From Trichodelitschia bisporula (taxonomy: Eukaryota): a stretch of 64,000 nucleotides of DNA. Positions 1-12,421 of this stretch are shown piece by piece. The position numbers and the translations under genes were made by a program. A model generated the notes under the pieces. That model was not told the origin of the DNA, did not search any database, and was given only the letters and a program-made list of their open reading frames with translations. Position 1 is the stretch's first letter, and each line of letters opens with the position of its first letter. The stretch lies in assembly GCA_010356995.1 (NCBI GenBank), contig ML996687.1:1055803-1119802 (forward strand), read 5' to 3'.

Positions 1-543
1 AGCGTCTTAGCATCCGGCGTGGCCTTCGACTCTTGAATCTGTGCGAGCAGCTCCCGAGCAGTATCCTGAACACTTTCCACGACCGATACTAAAAATTCAC
101 CCTCCTTTTTGATCCATTTATTCCGCATGGCTTTGCCCTGGCCGACACCGGCTGATTCGCCAACTTCATTCTACGCGCAGTCAGTTATCTGCCGCTATGC
201 GAGCAAAAGAACTTCATACCCCCAACTCCTTCATCGGCAGGCGCCCTTTGCTCTTCACAGCCTCCCAGACTTTGAATTCGTGGCTCCCGGACGCAGCAAT
301 GAGGGCTCCCTCCTTAGTCAAGAGGACGCGCTCAGATTCTTTGGTATCGTACTCCACCATGGCACGCGACGCCAGCCGATCCAGAGCTGCCTTAACATCT
401 TGTTGTTGGACCCCGGGAAGCGCTTCATCAGTTTTGATTTCCGGAGTGCTGGAGAGGAGATCGAGGACCTTTTGCGTTGTCGAGGCCGTATCTGCGACGG
501 GCAGTGGGGGAGGAACCGGGGCAGGCCCGCGCGTGCCAGGCAT
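1..543 (-). CDS. FRS2: Cytosolic phenylalanyl-tRNA synthetase alpha subunit, 5' part (runs off the window start)
   Basis: Exon 1 ...KAALDRLASRAMVEY...LTKEGALIAASGSHEFKVWEAV; intron ~171-219 (GTATGA..CTGAC..TAG); exon 2 ...VGQGKAMRNKWIKKEG, typical of the eukaryotic PheRS-alpha N-terminus. Confidence 0.88.
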
Positions 544-669
544 TGTGGTGTGCGGGAACAGGTGAACCTGTTACAATTCTAATCCCGATTTGCTCACTTG
601 AGGAATAATTGTTGGGCGGAGCGGGGGAAGTCTGACGCTAAGTTGGGGTAGAGTTCGAACGAGCTTCAG

Positions 670-708
670 TGACTCTGTGGGTTCGTGGAGCTTTTTGGGG
701 GTGAGTCA
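670..708. promoter_or_regulatory. Two Gcn4/CpcA (cross-pathway control) elements upstream of FRS2
   Basis: TGACTC at 670-675 and TGAGTCA at 702-708, 130-165 bp upstream of the FRS2 ATG. Confidence 0.6.
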
Positions 709-1030
709 GCCCGCACGCACGGGCGCCGGCGGGGTAATATGGGCAGGAACGAGGCTTGACTAGCCTTGCCGCACATAGGGCTGAATGCGCCACAACATCA
801 TTTTGAAGCTCGTTTCTATTGGAGTTCAGGAAGCAAACGTCAGAGATGGCTCTCGTACCCGTTCTGTAGTAACAAGTAAAAACACCCGACAGGAAATATC
901 ACATCTATGATGTGAGTTTCATGGTCGAGCTTTACATCTACCGAACCATGCAAAATCAAAAGTGATATAGAACACCGTTGAACCACTTGTGTTTGCCTGC
1001 ACGTGCATCGGAGTGCCCACACAGCATTGC

Positions 1031-3164
1031 CTACATCGCACCCGCTTCTTGCTGCGACTGCTTCCACTTCTGTGCCATAGCCAGCAGGTTCGAAAGCTTG
1101 GCCTCCCGCTCGTCGTCGGCAGGGAATAACCAATCCATGTACTCCTCGAAAGTATCGTCGTCCAGCTTCCTCCGCTTCTTTACACGGCTGGGCATCTGCT
1201 TTTCCACCTTTGCCAGATCTGCGGCTGTTCCGTGAGTAGTCTCGAACGACTTCCACGCATTGAGAAGAACCACACGCTGTTCATGGGTTAAACGTAGTCC
1301 ATATGCAAAGGTTTGAAGGGGGCTCACCTCTTCTTTGAGTTCCTGTTCTTTCATGACTTTGTAAGCCCTTTCGAAGACAGCCCTTGCACGCTTTTTGGCA
1401 TCATTGCTAATGGGCTTCTCCTCATCCTCGTTCTCGTCTTCCTCTTCGCCTTCGTCCGGAACGTTGATCTCAAAATGAGCGTAAGATATCCAGACCTTGA
1501 CATGAGATGTCTTCTGTAACAGCCGCTCGTACAGCTGCCGAGCGCGGTCGTATTCTTGTTGCTCAGTCTCAAAGTCGATGAACTCCTTCCAGACAAGTTC
1601 GGGCATGTCGAGCATTTCCTGATCAATGGCAAGCTCGAAGATAGCGCGAGTGCGATCGGAATCGTCGAGACCGCGTTCTAGTTCGGCAAAAGCCTTCCAG
1701 GCTTCCGCATTTGCAGGGTTCCAGCTGACGTACTTTTCATAGAGCTTCCGACACCTGTCAAATTCGTAGAGCTTGATCTCAAGCTCAATGTACCCTTTGT
1801 ACAGCTTGTCCTTCGGGCACATGCCAATAGCCTGACCAAGGGTTTTCCGAGCTGCCTGGAGTTGCATTTGACGTATCTCGAATCGCGCCTTGTTCAGCCA
1901 AACCTTAGCGAAAGTGAATTTCTTGTGAGGTATGAGCTTGATGCACTCTTGGTAGATCTGAGCCACCCGGTCCATGTCCCGAGGGGTCGTCTCCTCCCAG
2001 GTGGCATAGAAGAGAAACAGGTAAATATACCTTCGCCAATAGCGTTTCTCTGGTGCTGGAGGAATTTGCGCTATTGCCCGTTCATAAACATCACGGGTAC
2101 GATCGATGTCGCCTGCAGTTTCCTCCAGTCGGGCAAGATCTATCCATGTGTCGTAGTTCTTCGGGTTCTGCTTCAGTTCCTCTTCATACTGAACTCTCCG
2201 CTTGGAAAGGACGACATCCTCAACACCGTCTTCATCGCCGAACTGTTTTTCGAATGTAGTGTACGACTTGTGAAGATTTACTGACTTCGACCGCGGCATC
2301 CGATCAAGAGCGAACTTATCTAAGTGGCATTAGCAAGCGGTCCAGTATTTGGCTGAATATCGACTCACATATGGCCCTGGCCCGCTCATACTCCTTCAAC
2401 CGGCTCTCGAATTTTGCAAACTCGATGAATATCCTTTCTGACAAGAAGTCTTCTCCGAGCTCCTCGATCGCCGCGGCGAACACCTCTCTCACCAGGTCGG
2501 TAGTGCCGTGTTCGGTTTCGAATCGAACCCACTTTAGCCACTGTGCTGGTTCCGGATGGACATAGGTTAACCGCCGAAATAACTCCCGGGCTCTGTCATA
2601 CTCTCCGTAGCGAATCTCCATCTTGATCGCAGCCGACCAGGCGGCCACGTCTGGCTCCCATTTCAGCCACCGCTCAAAGACCTCTCGTGTCCCGGCGACA
2701 TTTCCGAGCGTCTCTTCAACCGTAACATACTTGAACCATAGCTTGTCCACACGCGGGAGGATCGTCACAGCCCGATCCAGTAGATTCCGCGCATGCATGA
2801 TGTTCCGATTCAGCAGCTCCGCGTCTACGTATCGGAGCCATATGGTGATATTTGCTGGGTGTACATCGAGAGCACGCTCAAAAATGCTTCGCGCCCGGCG
2901 GAACTCCTTCTGCTCCAACTCCCATTGCGCATAGCGGAGGAAGTTGTTGATGTTGAGGCGGTTGCGGCGAACATAGTCTTCGAACTCCTTGCGCTTCCGG
3001 CCTTGGTATTCGTGCAACTCCTCTAGGTCGGCAAAGCGCGTGGTAGGGGTAGTCTGGGTGAGCTCTTGTCGGTCAACAGCCTCGCGGAGCAGTTGTTCAG
3101 CGGATATTTGCTGGGGAGCGGGAGCTTTGTTCTTGACCCGCGGCGGGCCCCGAGTCGATTCCAT
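1031..3164 (-). CDS. CLF1: Pre-mRNA splicing factor Clf1/crooked-neck (NTC, HAT repeats)
   Basis: [29 protein letters not shown]...[15 protein letters not shown] repeats; C-terminal [13 protein letters not shown]. Introns 2320-2368 and 1277-1327. Confidence 0.96.
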
Positions 3165-3521
3165 AATGGCGGTCAAGAACGATGTACTGTAGATGAGAGC
3201 AGAAAGTAGAGCAGGAGGATATTTGCAATGTTAATATTGTGCACGGCGTTGTCGCGACTGGTAACGTGAAGCTTTGACGCGATTGAGCGTCGTGGAAAAT
3301 CGCTCGGCCCGCAAATGCGGCTCGCCGGATGCCAAGTCTTTAGGCGTCTGCAGCGGCAGCCTATCGCTCGTACGTCGCGCGCCAGAGTGTATTCTCCTGT
3401 AACTTCGTCATCACTCCCTCATCAACGCGCCCACCCCAACAACGTCTACCAACTCCGAGCTCATTGCGCTCCTGATTTCCTGACCGGCAAACACACGACC
3501 GTCCACACCGAGTTGTCCACC

Positions 3522-5408
3522 ATGGCGACATTAGCGGATGAACTCCTCGCCGACCTCATGGACTCCGGGTCCGAGGGCGAAGGCGACGAAGCGCTGAACA
3601 ACTATCTGCAAGAGACAAATGGCGCAGTGAAGGGCAATGAAGAGCATGAATCATCTGCCGACGAAGATGAGAAAATGGACGTCGATCAGGATGAAGAGGC
3701 GATGCTTGCGGCCGCAGCAGCAGGAGGCAGCACTGTTTCCGAGATGCAAGACCATGAGGAGGCAAAAGCGAAGGTGGAAAAGTTGAACTTTGGGGCCATA
3801 TCCGACATCAGAAGTGTTGCTGGTCTTATGAAGACATTAAAGCCTATTATCGAGGTAAGCTCCATCTCTCCTTACTTTCTGTTGAAGTTTTTGAGTTTAC
3901 AACGACAGTTCTGACCTGCTCCACCACTTCAGAAAGTACGCCACTACCAAAGCCTTCCTCCGGAGAAGCAAACGAAGAACGTCGGTTCCATCGAAGACAA
4001 CCCCGAGTACCGTCTTTTGACCCAGGCCAATGCGCTCTCCACCTCCATCGACAACGAGATCATCCTCGTGCACAAGTTCATTCGAGATCACTACTCCGTA
4101 CGGTTCCCGGAGTTGGAGCGGCTTGTGGAGAGTCCGGTACTGTACGCTAAGACAGTTTCTATTATCGGAAACGGGCCGATGGAAGATTTGAAGGCTGTTG
4201 TTAACTCTAGTGACAATCCTGTCGGAGTTCCCCTCAGCCAGGTACTTGACGGACCGCAGCTGATGAGTGTCCGGATGGAAGCTACAACCACCCAAGGCCA
4301 ATCTTTGAGTGATGAGGCACTCCAAACAGTAATCCGGGCCTGCGAAATGGTGCTTCAACTGGACCAGGCAAAGAAGATCCTCACGGATTACGTGCAGTCA
4401 CGGATGAACATGTTTGCGCCGAACTTGACAGCCCTGATCGGTTCGGAAACGGCAGCCTTGCTCGTAAATGCATGCGGTGGCTTAAAGGGCCTTGCGAAGA
4501 CGCCTTCTTGCAACATTCCCAACATCGGCTGGAAGAAGCAGACATTCGGTCTAGCCACGAATGTCGGGGTTCGGCAAAAGGGCTACCTATTCAACTCCCC
4601 GATTGTGCAGAATATCCCGAATGACCTTAAGACGCAGGCCATGCGCATCGTAGCCGCAAAGCTTGTTCTCGCTGCCCGCTGCGATCAGGTACACACGACT
4701 CCGGATGGTGCGACTGGCGAAAAGCTGAAGGAAGACTGCGAGGAGCGACTCGAGAAGCTTACGGAAGCCGCTCCTAATAGAGGTGTCCGCGCACTTCCTG
4801 CCCCGGATGACAAGCCCTCGCGCAAGCGCGGTGGCCGCCGGGCCCGCAAGGCTAAGGAGCAGTATGCCATGACTGAGTTGCGCAAGGCACAGAACCGAGT
4901 GCAATTCGGTAAGGAAGAGCAAGAGGTTGGATACGGTACCGGAGAATCCACTAAAGGTCTCGGGATGGTAGGCCAAGCGGGGGATGGGCGTGTTCGCATT
5001 ACGCAAGTCGATCAACGCACAAAGGCGAAGCTCAGCAAGAAGAACCCCGGCTGGGGAGGCGCGACACCGGCCAATGGCCTTGCATCTTCTCTGCGTGGGT
5101 TTGGTCAGGGTGCTGCGCCTTCGGTGCTGAAGAACCATGGACTCCGTACAACTGGAGTGGGAACAGGCACGTCGTCTGTTATCGCATTTACACCGATTCA
5201 AGGGCTCGAGCTCATCAATCCGACGGTCAAGGATGAAATGGCTAGGAAGCGGAAGGCGGACGAAGATCGGTGGTTCAAGAGCGGGACGTTCACCCAAGTT
5301 GGTGGAAGCCAATCTCAGTCGAACGGCCAGGCGGAGCCAAAGGTGGATTCGGCTGGCTTCAAAGTTCCTGCTATCCCTGCGATCAAGCGGCTCAAGGCAG
5401 AGAAGTGA
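3522..5408 (+). CDS. PRP31: U4/U6.U5 tri-snRNP protein Prp31 (Nop domain)
   Basis: MATLADELLADL; IDNEIILVHKFIRDHYSVRFPELE; SRMNMFAPNLTALIG; RKRGGRRARKAKEQYAMTELRKAQNRVQFG. Intron 3855-3932. Confidence 0.96.
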
Positions 5409-5653
5409 GCGGAAGAGTACTGCATTTACTGGCGTTAACGGGGTCGGTACGGGCGTTAAACTAGATTCCGAGAGTGGGCACTGATATCCTTGAGATTTAG
5501 GACATATTTTTCAAGTGTTTCAATCAGTGAGAGACTGGCCTGTGATTGTGTATGTGCAATTTAGCCATGAGATAACAGCCATTCTAGCTTCCGTTACACC
5601 AGACCCCCTGCCTGCAATGCGCCATTCAATGCTGGGTATACAAAACCAACCTT

Positions 5654-8128
5654 TCACGAGCCTCCCCACGCTTCCCTCCTTTTAGCAGCCTGCTTCTTCA
5701 GAGACTTGATAAAGTTGCTCGTCCCCTTTAAATCTTTGTTCCGGCTCTTGTTGAACTCACGGTACGCCATGTCCTGACCGCCAGAGAGGTCGTCCAACCG
5801 GCCAGCCATGCGTCTCACTCCTGGTCCCTTCCTCGAGCCACCCTTCCCAACAGCACTGAACATGTCATCGGCGATCTTCTCCGACTCAGCCGTCATGTCG
5901 TTCTGTAACAAGACATTAACGAGCATCTCCTTGCGTTCCTGTGGGGTTGTGAAGGCGAGGTCGGGGAACTTGTCGATGCCGTTCAAGTGGGTGATGACTT
6001 TGAAGGCGTAGCCCTGATCAACCAAGAACGCCTGCCGTTTCGCCGCGTAATACATCTCCTGCGTGTCCTTCGAGACAAGGGTGTAGAAGAAAGCATTGAA
6101 ATTCTCGTCGCTGCGGCGTTTGGCCCGTAGAATGCGGCCAAGGCGCTGCGCTTCCTGCCGCCGACTGCCAAAGTGACTGGAGATTTGGATGAGGCAAGTT
6201 GCCTCCGGAAGATCAAGAGAAGTATCACCGATCTTGGAAAGGAAGATGGTGTTGATCTTGTTGTTGTGCTGGAAGTTCTCCAGAATACGCTGGCGCTCGT
6301 GATGGGGCGTACCACCGTAAATGTAGACCTTGTTGAGCTTTTTAGCGTACGCCTCGAGGGCGTAGACGTTATCGCTGAAGACAATGATTTTGTCCCCGCG
6401 TTTTTCATGGTAGTCAATGAGAAACTGACAGCACTGGAACTTGGTGGGGTTCATTGTGAATAGGAGCATGCGCTTGTTCGGCGACTTTGCGTCCAAGTAC
6501 GCCCTGTAGAAGTCGAGGGGCATCGGACACCAGACTTCGGCACACTGGACTTTGGCGATGTGACCCTGTTCGCTCAGTTCCTGCCAGTTGGCTTCATAGA
6601 GCTTCGGGCCGATGAGAAAATTCAGCTCAGTGATCTTGTCGTCTTCACGCAGTAGCGTGGCAGTGAGGCCGAGTTTCGAATGAGCCTTGACTCTGTAGGT
6701 TACCATCTGGAACATTTTGGCTGGAACGACGTGGACCTCGTCTAGCAGCATCAGGCCCCATTCCCGATGTTCGATGAACTCCATGACCTTCGTGGCATCG
6801 TGCGATCGCTTGCCAGATGTTGTCACCATAGAGTAGGTGGAAATAAGGATACCCGTGCTCCCAGAAAAGAGATCTTTCTTATCAGCAGTGAAGACGGCAA
6901 TGTCCTTGGGGTTGATGTTGGACCATTTCAGGAACTCGTTTCGCCATTGCACAACAGACATGGCACTCGTACAGAGAACAATGATGCCCTTCTTGACCGT
7001 GCAGGCAGCCGTGATGCCGACGAGTGTCTTGCCAGCGCCGCAAGGCAACACAATAATTCCGCTTCGCGAACGACCATTACCAAACATCTTCGACAAAGCC
7101 TGCTCCTGGTAGGGTCTGATTTTGGCAGAGGGCTTGAGATCGATGTCGAGGTTTGGATTGACTCTATCGTTCCGAAAGTCGTACTCTTCGGTGAGAGGCA
7201 GGCTTATGGCCTGGCATCGCTTACGAACTGCCTGTACGGACTCCCCTAGGATCTCAAACGAGTGCACCTCGTCAGCATCCTCATCATCGTCTTCATCCAA
7301 AAGTGCAGTTGCCATATTTTGGGCTCCGTCGACATCCTCGTCGCCCTCCGCTTCTACAACAGGATTCTGCTGAGCTTGCCCCCGCCTCGCATCGGCAAAC
7401 ATCTTTGTGCCAGGAATAGCCAAACCATCCATCTTAGGTGCTGCCTCCGTGGTAAACTCATGACTAGAGTCCATTCTGTACTGGCTGATGATGTCGTCCC
7501 GCAGAAACGTCTGAAGAACAGAAGGATCTGAGCTCTCGACGAAGTACTTTGTGTGCTTCAAGACCAATCTGGCCTTGCCATACGACTTCGTAGAAGTTAT
7601 TATGAAGTCGATGGTGGACTGCGGCAGCGGCGTCTTCGAAAACTTTTCCAGCTGCCGGATAATGTCCTCAGTTTGGTAGCCGACAGAAATAGCGGCGTAC
7701 AAACTGTTGTTTGTCATCGTGTACTCGTGAATGCGTGACACGCGCGACTGTGGCTCCGCAATGGCGATGAGGAAATCTTCAGCCTTTTTGAACGTCGGAG
7801 CGAAGCTCTCCACAATAATCCTACCCTTTATCGGGTCAATCCACAACGGCCGATCGAAGTGGTCATCCTTCAGAGTGAGATGACCGAAATCGCGTTCTTG
7901 GAACAAGGACGAGGCGGCATCATGCATAGAGTAATTTCCGTGGTAGTTGCTGGCGGAGAACTTGGACATCAACTTCGAGACGTTCTCCGCGTCATCACCA
8001 CTGAGCTCCCCATTCAAGTAGTCATCATCGCTGAGGCTTTCGACAGTGTTTGGTGTATTCGTACCAGATGCTACGCGCTTCGTAGTCCGATTGTTGGTCG
8101 TGCTGGTGGCTTTCCGTTTAGGAGCCAT
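5654..8128 (-). CDS. SSL2: TFIIH helicase/translocase XPB (Ssl2/Rad25)
   Basis: [67 protein letters not shown]; no intron evident; first ATG at 8128. Confidence 0.97.
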   Translation of the reverse strand: MAPKRKATSTTNNRTTKRVASGTNTPNTVESLSDDDYLNGELSGDDAENVSKLMSKFSASNYHGNYSMHDAASSLFQERDFGHLTLKDDHFDRPLWIDPIKGRIIVESFAPTFKKAEDFLIAIAEPQSRVSRIHEYTMTNNSLYAAISVGYQTEDIIRQLEKFSKTPLPQSTIDFIITSTKSYGKARLVLKHTKYFVESSDPSVLQTFLRDDIISQYRMDSSHEFTTEAAPKMDGLAIPGTKMFADARRGQAQQNPVVEAEGDEDVDGAQNMATALLDEDDDEDADEVHSFEILGESVQAVRKRCQAISLPLTEEYDFRNDRVNPNLDIDLKPSAKIRPYQEQALSKMFGNGRSRSGIIVLPCGAGKTLVGITAACTVKKGIIVLCTSAMSVVQWRNEFLKWSNINPKDIAVFTADKKDLFSGSTGILISTYSMVTTSGKRSHDATKVMEFIEHREWGLMLLDEVHVVPAKMFQMVTYRVKAHSKLGLTATLLREDDKITELNFLIGPKLYEANWQELSEQGHIAKVQCAEVWCPMPLDFYRAYLDAKSPNKRMLLFTMNPTKFQCCQFLIDYHEKRGDKIIVFSDNVYALEAYAKKLNKVYIYGGTPHHERQRILENFQHNNKINTIFLSKIGDTSLDLPEATCLIQISSHFGSRRQEAQRLGRILRAKRRSDENFNAFFYTLVSKDTQEMYYAAKRQAFLVDQGYAFKVITHLNGIDKFPDLAFTTPQERKEMLVNVLLQNDMTAESEKIADDMFSAVGKGGSRKGPGVRRMAGRLDDLSGGQDMAYREFNKSRNKDLKGTSNFIKSLKKQAAKRREAWGGS

Positions 8129-8515
8129 CGCAGTCAGACGCCACAAGCGGACGTCGCGGTTGTGTTTTCTCAAACCTTGGAGTACGTGATGGCGGAATAA
8201 AGAGCGGTGTTGAAGACGGGATAAGGTGCTAGCAGTCACAGAGCGGCGGTAGTGGATAGCGAACTTCGAGGAAATGCGGTCTGGGGAGTTGTACGGCGTT
8301 CAAGAAGGTGAAAGTAGGCGGCAGTCTGTCTGTGCTCAGGTCATCCTCCGGTGGCGTAAGCGCCAAGCCTCATGACTAGGGATACCCTACTTGATGCCTG
8401 AGGCTTGAACATGCAACCGCGCGCGCCCGCAGGCTGGTGCTTGCTACTTTACCATCCGAAACCTCCTCCCTTTGCCTCCCCAAATGTGAAGCGAATACCA
8501 CTAATTCTGCTTGCC

Positions 8516-11500
8516 ATGGACCTGAAAACATGGACGTCCGACTCGCTCACAAAGCTCGGAGGTTCGGATCCCACGGTCGTCGAGTTCGTTCTTGCTACGG
8601 CTTCCAATGCCAAATCCGCGTCGCAACTTCACGACAAGCTGGCAGGCTTCCTGGATGCCACAGACGATGATGTCCGCACCTTCGCCGACCAACTCTTTGC
8701 ACGCGCAGGCCATAAAACCAAAAACGTGGAAAGGGAAGGTCCAGTGCGCGTGGAGAAGAAGAAATACGCCCTAGTGTCAATGGAGGTTGATGAAACTCCA
8801 GTTGCACCACCAAAAAGTGCAAAGGGAGACAAAGGTAGTAAAAGGAGTGATAGGGGCGAGCGGCATGGAAAGGACAGGAAGAAGCTGAGAGGGACGAAGG
8901 GAGATTTTGAGGATCGCTGGGGGGATGTATCTGAGGAAGAGGAGGCGGGGGAGGAAGAATTTGAAGAGCCCATTCCCAGAAAGCGACGGCGCTTGGAAAC
9001 CGGATCTCCAATGCCCTCTGGACGCGACGAGGATAATGACGACCGAGAACTCGAACGCGAGCGGGAGCGGGACCGACAAGAGTTACAGGGGCTGGAGGAG
9101 AGGCTGAAGGAAAAGGATGATAAGAAGAAGCGGTTACGGGATGCTGACGCGCCAAAGGACACAGGGGACATCCGCGAGAAGTCTCGTCAGCAGTATCTCC
9201 GCAAGAGAGAGGCGGAAAAGGTCATTCTCCTCCGGAAGCAGGTTGAAGAGGAGGAGGAGGAGGAGCGGAGCAACCCCAACCTTACGGAACGAGAACTTAG
9301 AGAATTCAAACGGAACAGGGAGCTTCTTGAGATTGCAGAGGCCCGGTTGAAGGCACGAGAAGCAGCCGAGGACCGTGAAGGCTTCTACATTCCTGAAGTT
9401 GGCGAGATCAGCAAGCAGGAAACCCTCACCAAGCGAGTCAAGGAGCGGGAAGGCATCAGCGACATTCAGCTGTGGGAAGAGGAACAGACGAGACGGGCAA
9501 AAGCTACTGCGTCTCTTCGCACCCAGCGCGTCACTGAGGACGACTACGAATATGTCTTCGATGACAGCCAAAAACTGGACTTCATCCAGGGGGCTCAGAT
9601 CCCTGGGACCATGAACAAGGAGCAACTTTTATTTCAAAAGCAGATTGACGCCGCCCTGGCCGCTGAGGTCACTTTGCAGGAGAAGAGAAAGGAGCTTCCC
9701 ATGTTCCTATACAGAAAGGAACTACTTGACGCCCTCAAGGAACACCAGAACATGATCGTGTCTAGCGAGACCGGATCCGGAAAGACTACTCAGATCCCTC
9801 AGTATATTTTGGAAGAGAACTTGAATAGCGGACTCATGATTGGGGTAACCCAACCGAGGCGTGTAGCAGCCATGTCCGTCGCTGCTCGCGTAGCTGAAGA
9901 GAGAGGTACGAGGCTGGGCCAGGAGGTGGGATACAGCGTCCGATTCGAGCAGAAAATCAGCGAAAAGACGAAGATCAAGTTTTTGACGGATGGTATGCTC
10001 CTGCGCGAGCTTGTGGCGGACCCTACACTCAGTCAATACAGTGTCATCATGCTCGATGAAGCCCATGAAAGGACACTTAGCACCGACATGCTGCTTGCTT
10101 TTCTAAAGGATCTGAGTCGCGCTCGGAGCGATCTCAAAGTCATCATCAGTTCGGCAACTCTCAATTCAGCCAAGTTCAGTGCATTCATGGACGACTGTCC
10201 CATCTTCCATGTTCCTGGACGAACGCATCCGGTCACCACTTTATTCACCAGCGCCCCAGAGGCGTCGTATCTGGACGCTGCTGTCACTACTGTTTTCCAG
10301 ATCCATCTCTCGCAGCCTATGGGTGGCGATATTCTGGTGTTCTTGACCGGCCAAGATGATATTGAACTCGGGGTCGAAAGAATTGAGGAGACAATAAAAA
10401 AGCTCGGTAACCGAGCAAAACCGCTTGTAGTAATCCCCATCTACGCCAACTTGCCAAGCGAGATGCAGGCGCGCATATTCGAGCCAACCCCACAGGACAC
10501 TCGCAAAGTCGTTTTGGCCACCAATATTGCAGAAACTTCGCTCACAATCGATGGCATCAAGTATGTCATTGACTCGGGACTTGCCAAAGAAAACTTGTTC
10601 AACCCAGCTACCGGTACAGAAAGCCTCCAAGTTACCCCTATTTCCCGCGCCAGCGCCGAGCAGCGGGCCGGTCGTGCGGGTCGTACAGGGCCGGGCACGT
10701 GTCTTCGACTATACACAAAGTACAGTTACTACTCTGAACTGCAGGAAGAACCAGTACCCGAGATTCAGCGCAGCAATCTTTGCCAGCCTGTACTGTTCCT
10801 CAAGACCATCGGGGTCGATAACATCATCGAGTTTGATTTCCTCGACGCCCCTTCACCAGAGGCCCTCATTAAATCCCTCGAATTGCTCTACATGCTTGGT
10901 GCTCTTGCTAGTGACGGCCGGGTCACACGCCTTGGTCGCCAAATGGTCGAGTTTCCGACGGATCCACAGCTCGCCGCTGCGCTCATTGCGTCGCACAAGT
11001 TTGGCTGTGTGCAGGAGATCCTCACCATCGTTGCCATGCTCGGCGAAGCGGCTAACCTCTTTTTCCGTCCCAAAGACCAAAAGGTACACGCCGACAGTGC
11101 CCGCGCACGTTTTACCCATAAAGATGGGGGTGACCACATGACGCTGCTGAATGTATACAACGCGTGGGTCGACACGGAGTACAGCATGCCATGGTGTCGC
11201 GAGAACTTCGTACAGTACCGTTCGCTGCAGCGCGCCCGGCTGGTGCGTGAGCAGCTTGAAGCGCTCTGCGACCGGGTTGAGATCCCCACTGACTCGTCTG
11301 TGGGGGCCAGCGATCATGTCTCCGTACTCAAGGCACTCCTCGCCGGCTACTTCAGTCATACGGCGACGTTAACACGCGACGGCCAGCATTACCGCACGCT
11401 CCGGTCGAATCTGACAGTCCGCATTCATCCCAGCAGCGTGCTTGCAGCGGACGGGATGAAGCCCAAGGTGGTCATGTACCATGAAGTGGTGCAGACGTCT

Positions 11501-11653
11501 GCGGATTGGATGAGGCAAGCCGCGCCTATTGAAGCGGCATGGCTCGGCGAGGTAGCGCCACACTTTTGGAAGAGCGGCGAGGTGGAGAAGGTAGTTGGAC
11601 ATGGGCGGAAGATGCCTAAAGGGCAGGGAGCGCCGGGTGCGGGCAAAATGTAG
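8516..11653 (+). CDS. PRP2: Spliceosomal DEAH-box RNA helicase Prp2/DHX16/Cdc28
   Basis: SETGSGKTTQIPQY, TQPRRVAAMSVAARVAEE, DEAHERT, SAT, QRAGRAGR; N-terminal REKSRQQYLRKRE and EDDYEYVFDD motifs of the DHX16 clade; single exon. Confidence 0.9.
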   Translation: MDLKTWTSDSLTKLGGSDPTVVEFVLATASNAKSASQLHDKLAGFLDATDDDVRTFADQLFARAGHKTKNVEREGPVRVEKKKYALVSMEVDETPVAPPKSAKGDKGSKRSDRGERHGKDRKKLRGTKGDFEDRWGDVSEEEEAGEEEFEEPIPRKRRRLETGSPMPSGRDEDNDDRELERERERDRQELQGLEERLKEKDDKKKRLRDADAPKDTGDIREKSRQQYLRKREAEKVILLRKQVEEEEEEERSNPNLTERELREFKRNRELLEIAEARLKAREAAEDREGFYIPEVGEISKQETLTKRVKEREGISDIQLWEEEQTRRAKATASLRTQRVTEDDYEYVFDDSQKLDFIQGAQIPGTMNKEQLLFQKQIDAALAAEVTLQEKRKELPMFLYRKELLDALKEHQNMIVSSETGSGKTTQIPQYILEENLNSGLMIGVTQPRRVAAMSVAARVAEERGTRLGQEVGYSVRFEQKISEKTKIKFLTDGMLLRELVADPTLSQYSVIMLDEAHERTLSTDMLLAFLKDLSRARSDLKVIISSATLNSAKFSAFMDDCPIFHVPGRTHPVTTLFTSAPEASYLDAAVTTVFQIHLSQPMGGDILVFLTGQDDIELGVERIEETIKKLGNRAKPLVVIPIYANLPSEMQARIFEPTPQDTRKVVLATNIAETSLTIDGIKYVIDSGLAKENLFNPATGTESLQVTPISRASAEQRAGRAGRTGPGTCLRLYTKYSYYSELQEEPVPEIQRSNLCQPVLFLKTIGVDNIIEFDFLDAPSPEALIKSLELLYMLGALASDGRVTRLGRQMVEFPTDPQLAAALIASHKFGCVQEILTIVAMLGEAANLFFRPKDQKVHADSARARFTHKDGGDHMTLLNVYNAWVDTEYSMPWCRENFVQYRSLQRARLVREQLEALCDRVEIPTDSSVGASDHVSVLKALLAGYFSHTATLTRDGQHYRTLRSNLTVRIHPSSVLAADGMKPKVVMYHEVVQTSADWMRQAAPIEAAWLGEVAPHFWKSGEVEKVVGHGRKMPKGQGAPGAGKM

Positions 11654-12421
11654 TGAAGGATCATCGATACTTCTCCAATGTACATGATAGACAGCATTCG
11701 CGTTGCTGATATTTGTTACCAATTGATTCTCACGTTGTCCTGCTACATTCTACTGACAGAGCTGCGGGAACAGTAATCCTGTGACATGTGAACGTCTCCT
11801 TTCTTTTTTTCGTTTCGAGAGCATCACTCGCAGAACGAATGCTGTGTATTGGCCAAAATGGATTACCGCATGCGGTCGAAGGAGGTCTGTGTGGGAACAA
11901 AGGCACTGTGGCTTGGGATGCACAAGCGTGCCAAGGATAGAGCGCGGTTGCGCGTCTCCGCACGGACCCCGCTCCCTCCAAGCGGGCAGGGCCAAGAAGT
12001 TCGTCCAGTTGCGGCCCATGGAAAGGCAGCAAAGAGAGGGAACGAGAGAGTCACCGAACCGGCCATTCCCTCGACTGCACCATCACCACACTTTACACAA
12101 GCACCATCACCGTTATCCTTTCTCGACTCTTTCGCACATTCTTTACCTACGACCCTCGCCGCACGTTGGCACCTTCCCGCTACCCTGTTTTGCTCACCCG
12201 CACTCACCAATACTCTCATCCCGTAGTCCACACCTCCATTGCTGTCTGCTCGCTCAGACTGTGCCGTTCATTAGACGTGGCGGGCTTGGTGGTCAAGCGG
12301 TAGTAGCGACTTGCACTTGATTGCTGCTGCGCTTACGCCATCACCATCCTCTCGCTCTGCTCTGCGGAAGTCTTCAAAGCCCCTAGGACGTCACAGGCCT
12401 GCGCACCGCACCGCTACGGCC

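Noticed and set aside
645..665. GTTCGA T-loop-like words here and near 48641, 50437 and 60679
   Set aside because: No cloverleaf, D-arm or acceptor stem, so not tRNAs.
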